Assembly: GCA_963668675.2 (NCBI GenBank)
Contig: CAXXMB010000002.1
Coordinates: 480,001 to 544,000 of the forward strand
Reading direction: 5' to 3'
Source of the DNA: an uncultured Desulfatitalea sp.
GTDB taxonomy: Bacteria; Desulfobacterota; Desulfobacteria; Desulfobacterales; Desulfosarcinaceae
Length of the DNA stretch: 64,000 nt
Of this stretch, positions 48,767 through 59,350 are shown one piece after another; the first letter of the stretch is position 1; each line of letters starts with the position of its first letter. The position numbers and the translations under genes were made by a program. The notes beneath the pieces are model-generated. The model saw only the letters and a program-made list of their open reading frames with translations, searched no databases and was not told the DNA's origin.

Positions 48767-50272
48767 CTACGGTGCCAGGGGCGGAATGGGAATCCGATAG
48801 CGCTGAGTGATCATATGATGGATCTGGGGAAGCTGTTGGGGATCGAGAAAGATCAGCTTGGGGTGCTGCATCAGTTCGACTTTGTGGAAACCGTCGACAG
48901 GGGCGGTGAGCGCCTTGCGCACATCGTCCAGTTTGCCGATGGGCTGATCGTTGACGTTGACGATCACCAGGTTGGAAAGGCGCTCATACCCAATGGTGAA
49001 GGGGGTGGAAATCACATCGGAGATGATGACGATCTTCTCTCGCTGGTCGCCATTCAAGTAGTCCTGATTCTGGTGATAGTAGAGCAGATGGATGGGGGCA
49101 TCGGCCGCCCAGTTGTTGCCATACTCCCTCAAATAGGGCACGGAGAGCTCCTGGATGACAAGACCACCAACGATGAGGTGTTCGGGTTGTTGATCGACGA
49201 TGTAAGGCGGCACCAGGTATTCATCTGCCCGGCGGTGGTCCAGAACGATGGTGAGGTCGATAAGCTTACCGTTGCGAAATACCTTTGCCGGCAAGGTATC
49301 ACCGACATGGTAAAGCGTCCGGATCAGATGGATGACCGATATTTTGCCATGGGGCGACAGCTCGAAAAGACCGGTGTTAGAGATTTCGAAATCACCCAGT
49401 TGGGAGATCACATCACCGGCCTCGAGCCCGGCACGGTCCGCAGGGCCACCCTTGATGACCTTCTGCACATAGATGCCGGTGATACGATCGGGAAGTCCGA
49501 TGTAGCGGCGCAGTTGGGGGTCCAGGGTCGGGCCGTAGCGAAATCCGGCACTGGGAAACCCCTGGTATTCACCGTTACCTGCGTCGGTGAGAAAATGGCG
49601 TATCACAGAGGTCGAAATCACCTCGATGGTCTGCCCGGCCTGCTGATGGCGCAGGACCAGGCCGACCAGTTTGTCGCCGCGAACCACCGGCAGGGTCACG
49701 TTGTTGAATCGGTATTGCAGGAGGCTGTTCAGGCGATAGGTCAGAAAAAAGTTGCTCTGGGTATAGATTCCCAGATCAACAGAGGTGACCCGGCCATCGC
49801 TGGGCACCACGTCTCCATTGGGTTTGACCTGCCATACGCTCAAGCGGTCCCCCACCGCTGCCCGATCTTCGAGTTGGAGCGCCCTGCGGCCGTCAAGGAA
49901 CGTTTCATCGAGCGGCGCCAGCAGCGCCAGGTTGGCCTCGTAATCGACCACAACCACCCGTGCAGGCTGCTTGACATGGGTGTCGAGGGTCTCCAGTTCA
50001 ATGTAACGGTGGTTGGCCACGAGCAAGCCATTGACCAGCACCATCCCGCCGGGGACGACGGCACCAATGGCGGTCTGTGTTACCGGGCGCCTCTGCTGCC
50101 AGGGACGGTGGAAGATATAGCTCTGACTGGTCACGGTGACCCGCATCAATGCCTGCTGGGCCATGGGGGGCGCCATACCGTTGCCGGATGTGTTGAGCAT
50201 GGCACTGCATCCGGCAAGAAGTAATAGCAGTGAGATAATGAGACAGGAGCAAACGCTTCTAAATGGTGACAT
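48767..50272 (-). CDS. Deg/HtrA-like PDZ lipoprotein lacking the catalytic triad
   Basis: LLAGC lipobox, PDZ GPADRAGLEAGDVI, GGLV.QEL second PDZ; paralogous to the neighbouring protease. Confidence 0.8.
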   Translation of the reverse strand: MSPFRSVCSCLIISLLLLLAGCSAMLNTSGNGMAPPMAQQALMRVTVTSQSYIFHRPWQQRRPVTQTAIGAVVPGGMVLVNGLLVANHRYIELETLDTHVKQPARVVVVDYEANLALLAPLDETFLDGRRALQLEDRAAVGDRLSVWQVKPNGDVVPSDGRVTSVDLGIYTQSNFFLTYRLNSLLQYRFNNVTLPVVRGDKLVGLVLRHQQAGQTIEVISTSVIRHFLTDAGNGEYQGFPSAGFRYGPTLDPQLRRYIGLPDRITGIYVQKVIKGGPADRAGLEAGDVISQLGDFEISNTGLFELSPHGKISVIHLIRTLYHVGDTLPAKVFRNGKLIDLTIVLDHRRADEYLVPPYIVDQQPEHLIVGGLVIQELSVPYLREYGNNWAADAPIHLLYYHQNQDYLNGDQREKIVIISDVISTPFTIGYERLSNLVIVNVNDQPIGKLDDVRKALTAPVDGFHKVELMQHPKLIFLDPQQLPQIHHMITQRYRIPIPPLAP

Positions 50273-50371
50273 ATCGGTTATACTCTTCGGGTCGTATTTA
50301 AGTCGTATCGGTCTTTAGGGTTACCGGCCATCGAATCCATATGTACGAAGGATCATATCTATTGCATTCCA

Positions 50372-51925
50372 TTACTCCCAGTCGGGTGGCACAATACTGC
50401 CGTCCAGATATGCCTCTTCGGAAATAGCGTATTGGCGAAGAATGCGTTGTCGGGCCGACTGGACCGCTTCGGCTTCGAGCACGAGGGGCTGGGGATCGCC
50501 CACCAGCCGGATGACATAGAATGCTTCCGGCTGGGCAAAGGCCGCTGCCAGTTCGTTCAATGTTCTGATCTTGACGTCGTTCACCTGGTCGACAATGGCA
50601 TAGACAAAGCCATCAAAGTAGCTGGTTGTCGGATCGGGCAGAACCTTGCTGATCACAACCACTTCGGGGTGTTCGAGGTAAAGTTCCTCCTCCAGGAACT
50701 GGGAGTAGTAGTAGCGCAGGGTGACGGGCTTGTTTTCCAGGGCGGCGTAAAAAGAACTGGAGAGCGGTTGGAAGACCAAACCGCCGAACACCACGAACCT
50801 GGGCCTCACATCGTATTGATTGGCCTGGATCAAATAGGGCCATGGGGCGCTCAGTTCGATGGTCTCGACCAGCTCCTTTCCCTTGCGCATCAGTTTCAGG
50901 TCGACGGTATCCCCTTTGTACTTTCGCTCGACAACTTCATTGAGCATCACCCGGTCGTTGTCCATGGCCACCCGGCCGTCGCTGGTGATGGTTCGATCAT
51001 CAATGGCCAGCAGCACATCACCGGTGAAGAGGTGCCCATAGGCGGCCCCCGCGCGCATCACCTCGCCGACCATCACGCCGTAGTCGCCTGGCCCCAATCC
51101 CAATGCCCGGCGGTGGGCGGCGTTGATCAGCGGAAAGTACTGAAACCCCACATCCACATAGAGGTCGTAGTGGCCGTCGCTCACATCCTGAAGAAACCGC
51201 TCGATGACCGGCGTGGGGATCATGTAGCCCACATTCTGAGCCACCATGCCGCTGAACCCCTGGAAGGCCACCCCGACCACACGATTGTCCTGGATCACCG
51301 GCCCGCCGCTGTTGCCCGGGTTAATGGCGGCATCGATCTGTACCACCAGATGGGCGTCCACTCCCGAATGGGCGTATCCCCTGTAGTCGATGCGCGACAC
51401 CACCCCCCGGGTGACGGAGAGTCGGTCTCCACCAATGGGATAGCCCAGCACGGTGACTGTTGAGTCCAGGGCCGGGACGATGCCGAGCTTCAGCGCCGTT
51501 GTGCCTTTAAAAAACGCCTCATCCACCACCTCTAACATGGCCAGGTCGCAATCGTGGGCGATGAACTTGACCTTGGCTTCATAGCGCCGGGCATCGCCCT
51601 CTTTTTCAAGACTGATGAAGCGGGCATTGCTGACCACGTGGGCGTTGGTGATGATGCGGCGTTTGGAGATGATAAAGCCGGTGCCCCAGCCCTCTCCCGA
51701 TCTTCCCGGATCCCAGGGGACCAGATAATCAGGGGTTTGGGCCACTGTGTAGATGCGCACCACACTCCTTCGAAGTGTTTCTATCCGGTCGCCAGCCAGC
51801 GCAAGAGATGACGCGGCACTCAACGAAACCAGCGACAGGGCGAGGAGCAGCGATGTTACATACCAAGCAGATCTATGAACAAGGTGTGACATAGGCGTTG
51901 AACCTTTTCTCTGTATTCGACACAT
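50372..51925 (-). CDS. Deg/HtrA serine protease with two PDZ domains (start may be ATG 51892)
   Basis: TNAHVV, CDLA and AAINPGNSGGP triad motifs. Confidence 0.92.
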   Translation of the reverse strand: MCRIQRKGSTPMSHLVHRSAWYVTSLLLALSLVSLSAASSLALAGDRIETLRRSVVRIYTVAQTPDYLVPWDPGRSGEGWGTGFIISKRRIITNAHVVSNARFISLEKEGDARRYEAKVKFIAHDCDLAMLEVVDEAFFKGTTALKLGIVPALDSTVTVLGYPIGGDRLSVTRGVVSRIDYRGYAHSGVDAHLVVQIDAAINPGNSGGPVIQDNRVVGVAFQGFSGMVAQNVGYMIPTPVIERFLQDVSDGHYDLYVDVGFQYFPLINAAHRRALGLGPGDYGVMVGEVMRAGAAYGHLFTGDVLLAIDDRTITSDGRVAMDNDRVMLNEVVERKYKGDTVDLKLMRKGKELVETIELSAPWPYLIQANQYDVRPRFVVFGGLVFQPLSSSFYAALENKPVTLRYYYSQFLEEELYLEHPEVVVISKVLPDPTTSYFDGFVYAIVDQVNDVKIRTLNELAAAFAQPEAFYVIRLVGDPQPLVLEAEAVQSARQRILRQYAISEEAYLDGSIVPPDWE

Positions 51926-51999
51926 GCCCCCCTACTGTATGCCAATTCCCATGGGTTCGCAATACGGGAAAGACAGGCAGTAAATCCAATAAGCGGAAG

Positions 52000-53247
52000 C
52001 TACCCGTTTGACGCCTGTAGGTGCCGGTGTACATTCCCGAGCCCTTCAAGCTTGTACTGTTTGACCGAGGCGAAATGCTCGAAGATCTCCGCGGATTGGC
52101 GATTCAATTCGATCATCTGCGGATCGTCCAGTTCAACGCTGAACCCCTCATAAAACGGGCCGAAACGAATGGGCTGCCCCCTGTATTGATCGTGGATGGC
52201 CGTTCGGGGATGGGCCAGCAGCCACCGGAGCTGCATGTTTTTAAATGCCCCGGTCGGAAGGCGTTTCATAAAGGATTCCAACTCCTTCACATCCTGTTGG
52301 GTCAGATTGTTCCACCCCACGATGGCATTGCCATTGGCGCGGATGCCGCCTTCAGAGCAGATCTCCATGCTCTGGATGATCTCATCCGGCCCGAATCCTT
52401 TGTCGACATGGGCCAGCATCCGCTTGGTGGGAAACTCCACCCCGAATCCCAGCACCATATCGGGGAAACGGCCGCCGCAATCGATGATGGCCTCTTTCAG
52501 AGCGCGGTTCTCGGCGTCGGCCGCCCGCATGAAGGTGCGGTATTCGAATCCGTTTCCGCAGGGCAGTGCCGGAAACAGTTCCCGGATCAGCCGGGGCTCA
52601 ATGGAACCGGTATTCAGGCGCACCAGTTTGGTGCCTTCGAAGTCGAGGGCTTTAAATTCGAAATCCATCTTTCGACGCCGACGCACATGCCTGAGATCGT
52701 GCAGCCCGATGTTGCAATAGATGCAGCGTCGCCAGAAACAGGCGTTGTCGAGCGTATAGGAGAAGTAGATCCGGCTTCCGGTGGGGATGTCTGTGGGGAT
52801 CTCCAGGCGCCAGGGGCCGGGAAAATCGTCTACGCCAAACCACTGTTCGACACTCTTGCCGGTAAGGGTCAGGTTGGGGGGGATGGCATCGGGATCCTCC
52901 ACGCGGACATAGGCGGGATCCCACCCAGGGCTCTCGATATCGCACTCCGAGGCCACCGGACCACCGACCACGAAGTGGATGTCGGGATGCTGGCAGGCCC
53001 ATACCCAGCACTGATAGAGATGATTAACATCCAGAGCACTTACATGGATGGTTCCCTTGGATATGGGCAGCGGCTTGGCTGCATAGCGATCATAATCGTA
53101 CCAGTGACGGCTGTCCGGTTCATCCTTCATCCATACAAAGTCACCATGATTGCGGCAAAGGTCGTAGGTATCGGAAAATCCATTGAGCAGGTTGTAGATG
53201 GTGCTCTTTCTGCGGCTGTAAAACTGGAGGAACAGCGTGTCGGTCAT
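52000..53247 (-). CDS. Radical SAM-like protein
   Basis: CFWRRCIYC cysteine cluster, upstream VVGGP, FGVE motif. Confidence 0.65.
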   Translation of the reverse strand: MTDTLFLQFYSRRKSTIYNLLNGFSDTYDLCRNHGDFVWMKDEPDSRHWYDYDRYAAKPLPISKGTIHVSALDVNHLYQCWVWACQHPDIHFVVGGPVASECDIESPGWDPAYVRVEDPDAIPPNLTLTGKSVEQWFGVDDFPGPWRLEIPTDIPTGSRIYFSYTLDNACFWRRCIYCNIGLHDLRHVRRRRKMDFEFKALDFEGTKLVRLNTGSIEPRLIRELFPALPCGNGFEYRTFMRAADAENRALKEAIIDCGGRFPDMVLGFGVEFPTKRMLAHVDKGFGPDEIIQSMEICSEGGIRANGNAIVGWNNLTQQDVKELESFMKRLPTGAFKNMQLRWLLAHPRTAIHDQYRGQPIRFGPFYEGFSVELDDPQMIELNRQSAEIFEHFASVKQYKLEGLGNVHRHLQASNG

Positions 53248-53585
53248 AGGTAATGGGCCCCATTTTTCGATGTATGGTTCGATGGGAGATTGACGCGTGA
53301 CAAAACTTGCCTATCTCAAAACCGTCATTGATTGAATGTCGAGGGCCGGCGGGTGTAGAATCGCGGGCTTGCTGCGGTGAGCCTCTATACATCCGCTCAA
53401 TTAAGTTTGTCACCTCATCGGCTTCGTGATATATTTGGTAATTCGTTAGCGTCCCGGAAGACCATCCGAAAGGTGATGCCGCGATTTTATGAAGATTTCA
53501 TGCGAGGCACTCCGGCATTAGAGCGGCCGACGACCGGATTTCAGCAATATGCACTCTTTTTCAACCCTAAACTGCAGGGAAAAAG

Positions 53586-54602
53586 ATGATCATTGCCTTT
53601 CTGATGGACCGACTCGAATCGATCATTCCGGCCTACGAGACCACCAGCCACCTGATGTACGAATGCAATCAGCGCGGGCACAATGTCTTCTTCCTCGAAC
53701 CTCACGATGTCTATATCCGTGGTAACAAGGTCGTGGCACGCATGCGCAACATCACCGTTCCGCCGGGCATGCCGATGGCCCACTATTGGCAGGCGTTGAT
53801 CGATTGCCTCCAAAGGGATGAACTGATCTTCGAAACCATCAGCGACCTGGACGCTCTGTTCCTTCGCAAAGACCCGCCGCTCAACTACCAGACCCTGGAG
53901 TTTCTCCAACCGGTGAACCATAAGGTGTTCATGATCAACCGGACCACAGGGCAGGTGCTGGGCAACAGCAAGCTCTACACCCTTAACTTTCCCGACATTA
54001 TTCCGGAAACCCACGTTTCACGCGATCCTAAGCGTCTGGCCAAGATCATCGAGGATTTCGGCGGTGCCATGGTGGTCAAGCCGTTGCAGCGCTTTGGCGG
54101 CGAAGGCGTCATCAAGGTCAGCACCAGGGACCGCGAGAACCTCGTCTCATTGATCAACTACTACACGCGCTCCAGCCGGCCGTATGCCGACCGTGAAGCG
54201 ATCATGGTGCAGGAGTACCTCGAAGCGGGCCAACGCGAGGGGGACGTTCGCATTCTTCTGCTCAATGGGGAGATATTGGGCGCCATGCGGCGGGTTCCCA
54301 GAAAGGGCGAATTCCGGTCCAATGTCAAGGCCGGTGGCAAGGTTCTCCCACACGAGATCACCCCGAGGGAGAGAGAGATCTGCGAACGGATCAAGAATCG
54401 CCTCATCGTCGACGGGCTCTATTTTGTGGGCATCGACATCATTGGAGACAAGCTGATCGAAGTCAATTGCGTGTCGCCCGGCGGTATTCCGCGCATCAAT
54501 GCGTTGAACGGTGTCCGTCTTGAAACCCAGGTAATCGACTTCGTGGAACAAAAAGTGAGCGAAAACGGAACGCATCCCAGTCTGAGGGCCGTCCATGACT
54601 GA
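53586..54602 (+). CDS. Glutathione synthetase-like ATP-grasp ligase
   Basis: FLMD, RKDPP, VKPL..FGGEGV, QEYL, GDVRILL, RSN...GG, FVGIDIIG and EVN.SPGG. Confidence 0.85.
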   Translation: MIIAFLMDRLESIIPAYETTSHLMYECNQRGHNVFFLEPHDVYIRGNKVVARMRNITVPPGMPMAHYWQALIDCLQRDELIFETISDLDALFLRKDPPLNYQTLEFLQPVNHKVFMINRTTGQVLGNSKLYTLNFPDIIPETHVSRDPKRLAKIIEDFGGAMVVKPLQRFGGEGVIKVSTRDRENLVSLINYYTRSSRPYADREAIMVQEYLEAGQREGDVRILLLNGEILGAMRRVPRKGEFRSNVKAGGKVLPHEITPREREICERIKNRLIVDGLYFVGIDIIGDKLIEVNCVSPGGIPRINALNGVRLETQVIDFVEQKVSENGTHPSLRAVHD

Positions 54603-56343
54603 TCTTTTTCGACACCTCGCAACACGCCTGCGTTCGATTGCCATTGCCGCCCTGTTGATCTTCCCGCTGGCAGTCAGCTCCTGCAGCTCCTCGGACCACA
54701 TCAAGGGCGTGGTGCGCATCGGTCTGCCGGAAGAGCCGCGGACCTTGAATGTCTTTCTGGCCAGTGACGCCAATACGCACAAAGTCCTGCGCCAAATCTA
54801 CCAGCCCCTCTATGAAGATCACCCAGAGACCCTTGCGATCATTCCGTGGCTGGCGGCGGAGCTGCCCGTCTACAATCCCGATCAGAAGTCCTATACCGTC
54901 ACCTTGAGGCCGGCGCGCTGGTCGGACGGTCGCGAGCTGACCTCTGCCGATGTCGCTTTTACGGCCCGCCTCATCCAGGAGTTCAAGCTTCCACGCCTCT
55001 CCTCTCGTTGGAATCAGGTGGAGCGAATCGAGACGCCGGACGCCGCCACGGTGGTTTTTTATCTGAAAAAGCCGATTGCCACCTTTCTTACGCGTACACT
55101 CGAGGCACCCATCGTGCCTGCGCATCAGTGGGCGCCCATCGCCGAAGCGGCCCGCAAAAAGAAAAAGCCGCTGTCCGCTCTGCTGAACCATGAAATAGAG
55201 GCTCCCATCGGATCGGGCCCTTTCGTGCTGAAAAAGTGGGGCCACGGCGACTATCTCTACTTTGAAAAAAACCCCCACTACTTTGCCGCAAATCAAACCA
55301 TCGGCAACCGAACGCTGGGGCCCTATGTAAATGGCATGCTGTTTAAAATATACGGCACCACCGATGTGGCCATGCTGGCCCTGCGACGCGGTGAAATAGA
55401 CATGTTCTGGCAGGGCATTCAGCCCGGCTACATCGATATCCTGAAACGGACGCCGGGCATCAAGGTTTATTTGACCCCCAAAAGCGCCCTCTACTATATG
55501 GGCATGAACAACCGGCGTCCCCCGTTCGATGACATCCACCTGCGCCGGGCGGTCGCCGTTCTGATCGACAAAGACTTCATCGTCAAGCGCCTCCTGCAGG
55601 GGCGCGGCACCAAGATGTTCTCCATCATACCGCCCGGTAACGAAAAGTGGTGCAATCCCGATCTGCCGCACTATGCAGACGGCCAAACGAGAGAGGTGCG
55701 CATCCGCACGGCTCATGAAATGCTCTCCCGAGCCGGCTACAGTTGGAAAACGGCTCCGGTCGACGCAGAGGGCAACATCGTCCCCGCAGAGGGCATGCGA
55801 CTGCCCGATGGTCAACCCATGGCACCGTTCACCATCCTGACGCCACCGGCCGATTATGACCCGGCCAGGGCCATCAGCGGTACCATGATTCAGGAGTGGC
55901 TGCGTGCCTTAGGCATGCCTGCCTCAGCGCGTCCCATGGAGTTCAGCTCTCTGATCGACCAGATCAAAAATCGCCGCGAATTCGATGCCTTTATTCTGGG
56001 GTATGGCCGGCTCTCACTTGACCCCGCATACCTGGGCTCCTTTTTCAGTTCAATAAATGACAAACCACGCGGATGGAACATGGGCGGTTACCACAACGAC
56101 CATTTCGACCGCCTTGCCACAAGCGCCGACACTGAAATGGAATTTACGGCCAGACGACAAATCATCCTTGAGATGCAGAAAATTATCATAGACGATGTGC
56201 CTTACATCCCGCTGTATGTTCCCAATCTGATCGAAGCCGTGCGAACGGATCGCTTTCAAGGTTGGGTTCCCATGCTCGACGGGATCGGCAACCGTTGGTC
56301 GTTTAACGAAATCAAGCCCAACCCGTCGTTGCCGGGTGCTTGA
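54595..56343 (+). CDS. Peptide/nickel ABC transporter substrate-binding lipoprotein (family 5)
   Basis: Lipobox AVSSC, WSDG..LTSADV.FT, IGSGPF and PPFDD..LRRA. Confidence 0.92.
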   Translation: MTDLFRHLATRLRSIAIAALLIFPLAVSSCSSSDHIKGVVRIGLPEEPRTLNVFLASDANTHKVLRQIYQPLYEDHPETLAIIPWLAAELPVYNPDQKSYTVTLRPARWSDGRELTSADVAFTARLIQEFKLPRLSSRWNQVERIETPDAATVVFYLKKPIATFLTRTLEAPIVPAHQWAPIAEAARKKKKPLSALLNHEIEAPIGSGPFVLKKWGHGDYLYFEKNPHYFAANQTIGNRTLGPYVNGMLFKIYGTTDVAMLALRRGEIDMFWQGIQPGYIDILKRTPGIKVYLTPKSALYYMGMNNRRPPFDDIHLRRAVAVLIDKDFIVKRLLQGRGTKMFSIIPPGNEKWCNPDLPHYADGQTREVRIRTAHEMLSRAGYSWKTAPVDAEGNIVPAEGMRLPDGQPMAPFTILTPPADYDPARAISGTMIQEWLRALGMPASARPMEFSSLIDQIKNRREFDAFILGYGRLSLDPAYLGSFFSSINDKPRGWNMGGYHNDHFDRLATSADTEMEFTARRQIILEMQKIIIDDVPYIPLYVPNLIEAVRTDRFQGWVPMLDGIGNRWSFNEIKPNPSLPGA

Positions 56344-56360
56344 CGTGTAACATTTTGCCT

Positions 56361-57338
56361 ATGACGCTGAATCGCTATATCTTACGTCGTTTGATCGAAA
56401 TCGGGATCAGCTTCTTCATCATCCTGACCGGTCTGTTTCTGCTGTTTCACCTCGCCCCTGGTGACCCGGTGGCACGCATGGTGGACCCCAGCATGACGGC
56501 CGAGGATGAGTTGCGGCTGATCGCCCAACTGGGGCTCGACCAACCCCTCTGGCATCAGTACCTCAAATTTGTGGCCAACTTTTTCAGTGGCAATTTCGGT
56601 ATCTCCTTCCATTACGGCAAACCGGTTTCGCAAGTCATCGCCGACCGGTTGCCCAATACCATTCTGCTCTTTACGACAGCGGTGATCCTCTCCGCACTGG
56701 CCGGCGTGTGGCTGGGAAAAACCATCGCATGGCTCAAGGGACGCCCGATCGACACGGCTGTCACGATCGGTGCGCTGGTGTGCCATACCCTGTTCCTGCC
56801 ATGGATCGCCCTGCTGATCATCTGGCTTTTGGGATACCAGTGGGGATGGTTTCCCATCACCGGCATGATATCGCCCGAAGTCTGGATCGACCCCGGGGCA
56901 ACGCTACTGGCCAAGTCGATTGATGTGCTCCACCATATGGTGCTGCCCATGCTGACTCTTTTTCTGATCCACTTCGGCAGCTACCTGCTGATCATGCGCA
57001 GCAGCATGCTCGACACCCTGGCAGAAGACTACATCTACACCGCCCGCGCCAAAGGACTGCCCGAACGAATGATTCGCGACCGGCATGCGGCCCCCAATGC
57101 CGCCCTGCCGGTGGTGACCAGCGTCGGTCTCAGCCTCGCCTTTTCGATCAACGGCGGCGCCCTGACCGAAAAGGTCTTCTCATGGCCAGGTATCGGACGC
57201 GAGCTGGTCTTCGCCGTCAGCAACAATGACTATCCGTTGGCGTTGGGCTGCTTTCTGCTCATCGCCGCGGTCGTGCTGCTGGCCAACCTGGTGGTGGACG
57301 TGCTGTACGCTTTTTTAGATCCGAGGATACGTTACTGA
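56361..57338 (+). CDS. Peptide ABC transporter permease (OppB/DppB-like)
   Basis: APGDP, EDYIYTARAKG and DPRIRY motifs. Confidence 0.93.
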   Translation: MTLNRYILRRLIEIGISFFIILTGLFLLFHLAPGDPVARMVDPSMTAEDELRLIAQLGLDQPLWHQYLKFVANFFSGNFGISFHYGKPVSQVIADRLPNTILLFTTAVILSALAGVWLGKTIAWLKGRPIDTAVTIGALVCHTLFLPWIALLIIWLLGYQWGWFPITGMISPEVWIDPGATLLAKSIDVLHHMVLPMLTLFLIHFGSYLLIMRSSMLDTLAEDYIYTARAKGLPERMIRDRHAAPNAALPVVTSVGLSLAFSINGGALTEKVFSWPGIGRELVFAVSNNDYPLALGCFLLIAAVVLLANLVVDVLYAFLDPRIRY

Positions 57339-58279
57339 TGGCCAAAGCAGACACAACTGTGCATACGTTGGGCACCTCTGATCTACCTGAGCCCTACTGG
57401 CAAAGCGCTTTCATGGACAATTGGGGGGTGTTGAGCCGGCACACCATCGGCAGGATCGGTCTGGCGTTGCTGGCCCTTTTCGCACTAATGGCCATCGGCA
57501 GCTTCATTCCGCCGCTGATCGACCCTATCTACAACCCCATGAGCGGAGTGGATCCTGGTATCTCTTATGCCAGCGCACCAAGTTGGAAGCATTGGCTGGG
57601 CACCGACTTCATCGGCAGGGATATCTTCAGCCAGCTGCTGGCCGGTGCCCGGATTGCCTTTTTGGTCGGCATTTCGGCCGCTTTCATCAGCATATTTCTG
57701 GGAACCGCCATCGGCATCGTAGCCGGCTACGCCGGTCGCTGGACCGACACGGTACTCATGCGCATGGCCGACATCGTAATGGTGATGCCCACACTGCTGG
57801 TGCTGCTGATCATGTCGGCGCTCTTCGGGCAACTCAACATCTGGACCATCGTCCTGTTGATCGCCCTGTTTCGGTGGCCGGGGGTATCGCGTGTGATCCG
57901 TGCCCAGACGCTCACATTGAAACACCGGCCGTTCATCGAGGCCGCCAAGATCGCAGGCGCATCCCACCTGCGTATCATTGTGCGTCACCTGCTGCCCAAT
58001 GTGCTGCCGCTGGCCCTGCTCTACATGACCTTCCGAGTCACATCAGCCATCGTCATCGAAGCCGCCCTGGCTTTTCTCGGATTCGGAGATCCCGGCACGG
58101 TCAGCTGGGGCATGATGCTGCAGTGGGTGTGGAAGACCGGACACATGTTCCAAGCGCCTTGGTGGCTGCTGCCGCCGGGCATTTGCATCTCCCTGCTGAC
58201 TCTGGCGTTCTATATGTTGGGCCGGGCACTGGAGGAGGTGTTGGATCCCAGACTGCGCCGGGAAGATCCCGAGGAGTAG
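57338..58279 (+). CDS. Peptide ABC transporter permease (OppC/DppC-like)
   Basis: HWLGTDFIGRD, EAA loop and HLLPN. Confidence 0.93.
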   Translation: MAKADTTVHTLGTSDLPEPYWQSAFMDNWGVLSRHTIGRIGLALLALFALMAIGSFIPPLIDPIYNPMSGVDPGISYASAPSWKHWLGTDFIGRDIFSQLLAGARIAFLVGISAAFISIFLGTAIGIVAGYAGRWTDTVLMRMADIVMVMPTLLVLLIMSALFGQLNIWTIVLLIALFRWPGVSRVIRAQTLTLKHRPFIEAAKIAGASHLRIIVRHLLPNVLPLALLYMTFRVTSAIVIEAALAFLGFGDPGTVSWGMMLQWVWKTGHMFQAPWWLLPPGICISLLTLAFYMLGRALEEVLDPRLRREDPEE

Positions 58280-58294
58280 ATTGCCAGAGGCCCT

Positions 58295-59275
58295 ATGGAC
58301 TGCTTACTTGAAATCAAAAATCTGACCATCGCCTACCGTACCGGCGGAGGGCACTCCACCACGGCTGTGGATGGTGTATCGCTGAACCTGTCGAAGGGAG
58401 AGTCCCTGGGTTTGGTGGGTGAGTCAGGCAGCGGAAAATCGACCATCGGGGCCGCCGTCATGGGATTGCTGCCCCGAAATGCCGAAATCGTCAGCGGCGA
58501 AATTCTCTTCAATGGAGATGATCTTCTGCGAACCGATGCCGAAACGCTTCGCCAATTGCGATGGAAGCAGCTCTCCATGATCTTCCAGGCCGCCATGAAC
58601 GCACTCAACCCGATCCAGCGGGTGGGAGACCAGATCGTCGAGGCCATCCGTGTTCACGAACCGGAAACCGGTCCAGCCCAGGCCCTGGGGCGGGTGGAGA
58701 CACTGTTCCACCAGATGGGGATTCCCCTGGAGCGGCTGCGCCACTTCCCGCACCAGTACAGTGGCGGCATGCGGCAGCGCGCCATCATTGCCATGGCGCT
58801 GGCCTGCAACCCCCAGCTGATCATCGCCGATGAACCAACCACCGCACTGGATGTCATCGTCCAGGATCAGATACTAAAAACGATCTTGGCGCTGCAAAAG
58901 GAGCTGTCGCTTGCCATCCTCTTCATCTCTCACGATATCGCCGTTATCGCCGATGTGTGCCACCATGTGGGTGTGATGTACGCCGGCCAGATCGTAGAGA
59001 TCGGATCAAGCGAGGAGGTGTTCGCAACCCCCGGGCACCCTTATACTCAGGCGCTGCTCGGTGCGCACATCACTCTGTCCCATGATGAAAAGGCGCCTCG
59101 GGCAATTATGGACAATTCAATCGATACGCAAGAGGTGGATATCGGCTGCCGATTTGCGCCCCGGTGCCCTTCGGTCAAAGCCGAGTGTCACAAGACGGCG
59201 CCCCAGTGGTTAAAACGGTCGGAGACGCATTGGATCAGGTGCCCGATGGCTCCCGCGAAAAACTCAGAGGCGTAG
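58295..59275 (+). CDS. Peptide ABC transporter ATPase (OppD-like)
   Basis: [25 protein letters not shown] and HPYT. Confidence 0.94.
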   Translation: MDCLLEIKNLTIAYRTGGGHSTTAVDGVSLNLSKGESLGLVGESGSGKSTIGAAVMGLLPRNAEIVSGEILFNGDDLLRTDAETLRQLRWKQLSMIFQAAMNALNPIQRVGDQIVEAIRVHEPETGPAQALGRVETLFHQMGIPLERLRHFPHQYSGGMRQRAIIAMALACNPQLIIADEPTTALDVIVQDQILKTILALQKELSLAILFISHDIAVIADVCHHVGVMYAGQIVEIGSSEEVFATPGHPYTQALLGAHITLSHDEKAPRAIMDNSIDTQEVDIGCRFAPRCPSVKAECHKTAPQWLKRSETHWIRCPMAPAKNSEA

Positions 59276-59289
59276 ACAGGAATAGAAAA

Positions 59290-59310
59290 TCCCCCCTTGA
59301 AAAAGGGGGA
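59290..59310. repeat. Short palindromic repeat, copy 2
   Basis: tccccccttgaaaaaggggga hairpin between the two ATPase genes. Confidence 0.5.
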
Positions 59311-59350
59311 TAGGGTTAATCATCTTAGAACAGAGATATTCGTACCGCCA

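Noticed and set aside
48746..50224. 492-aa plus-strand ORF
   Set aside because: Antisense to the Deg-like lipoprotein, which is supported by paralogy and a lipobox.
52021..53253. 410-aa plus-strand ORF
   Set aside because: The opposite strand carries the radical SAM cysteine motif; this frame has shadow-like composition.
53455..53490. cc-GAAA-gg tetraloop upstream of the ATP-grasp operon, riboswitch-like
   Set aside because: Lacks the GCAAA junction and tetraloop receptor; insufficient support.
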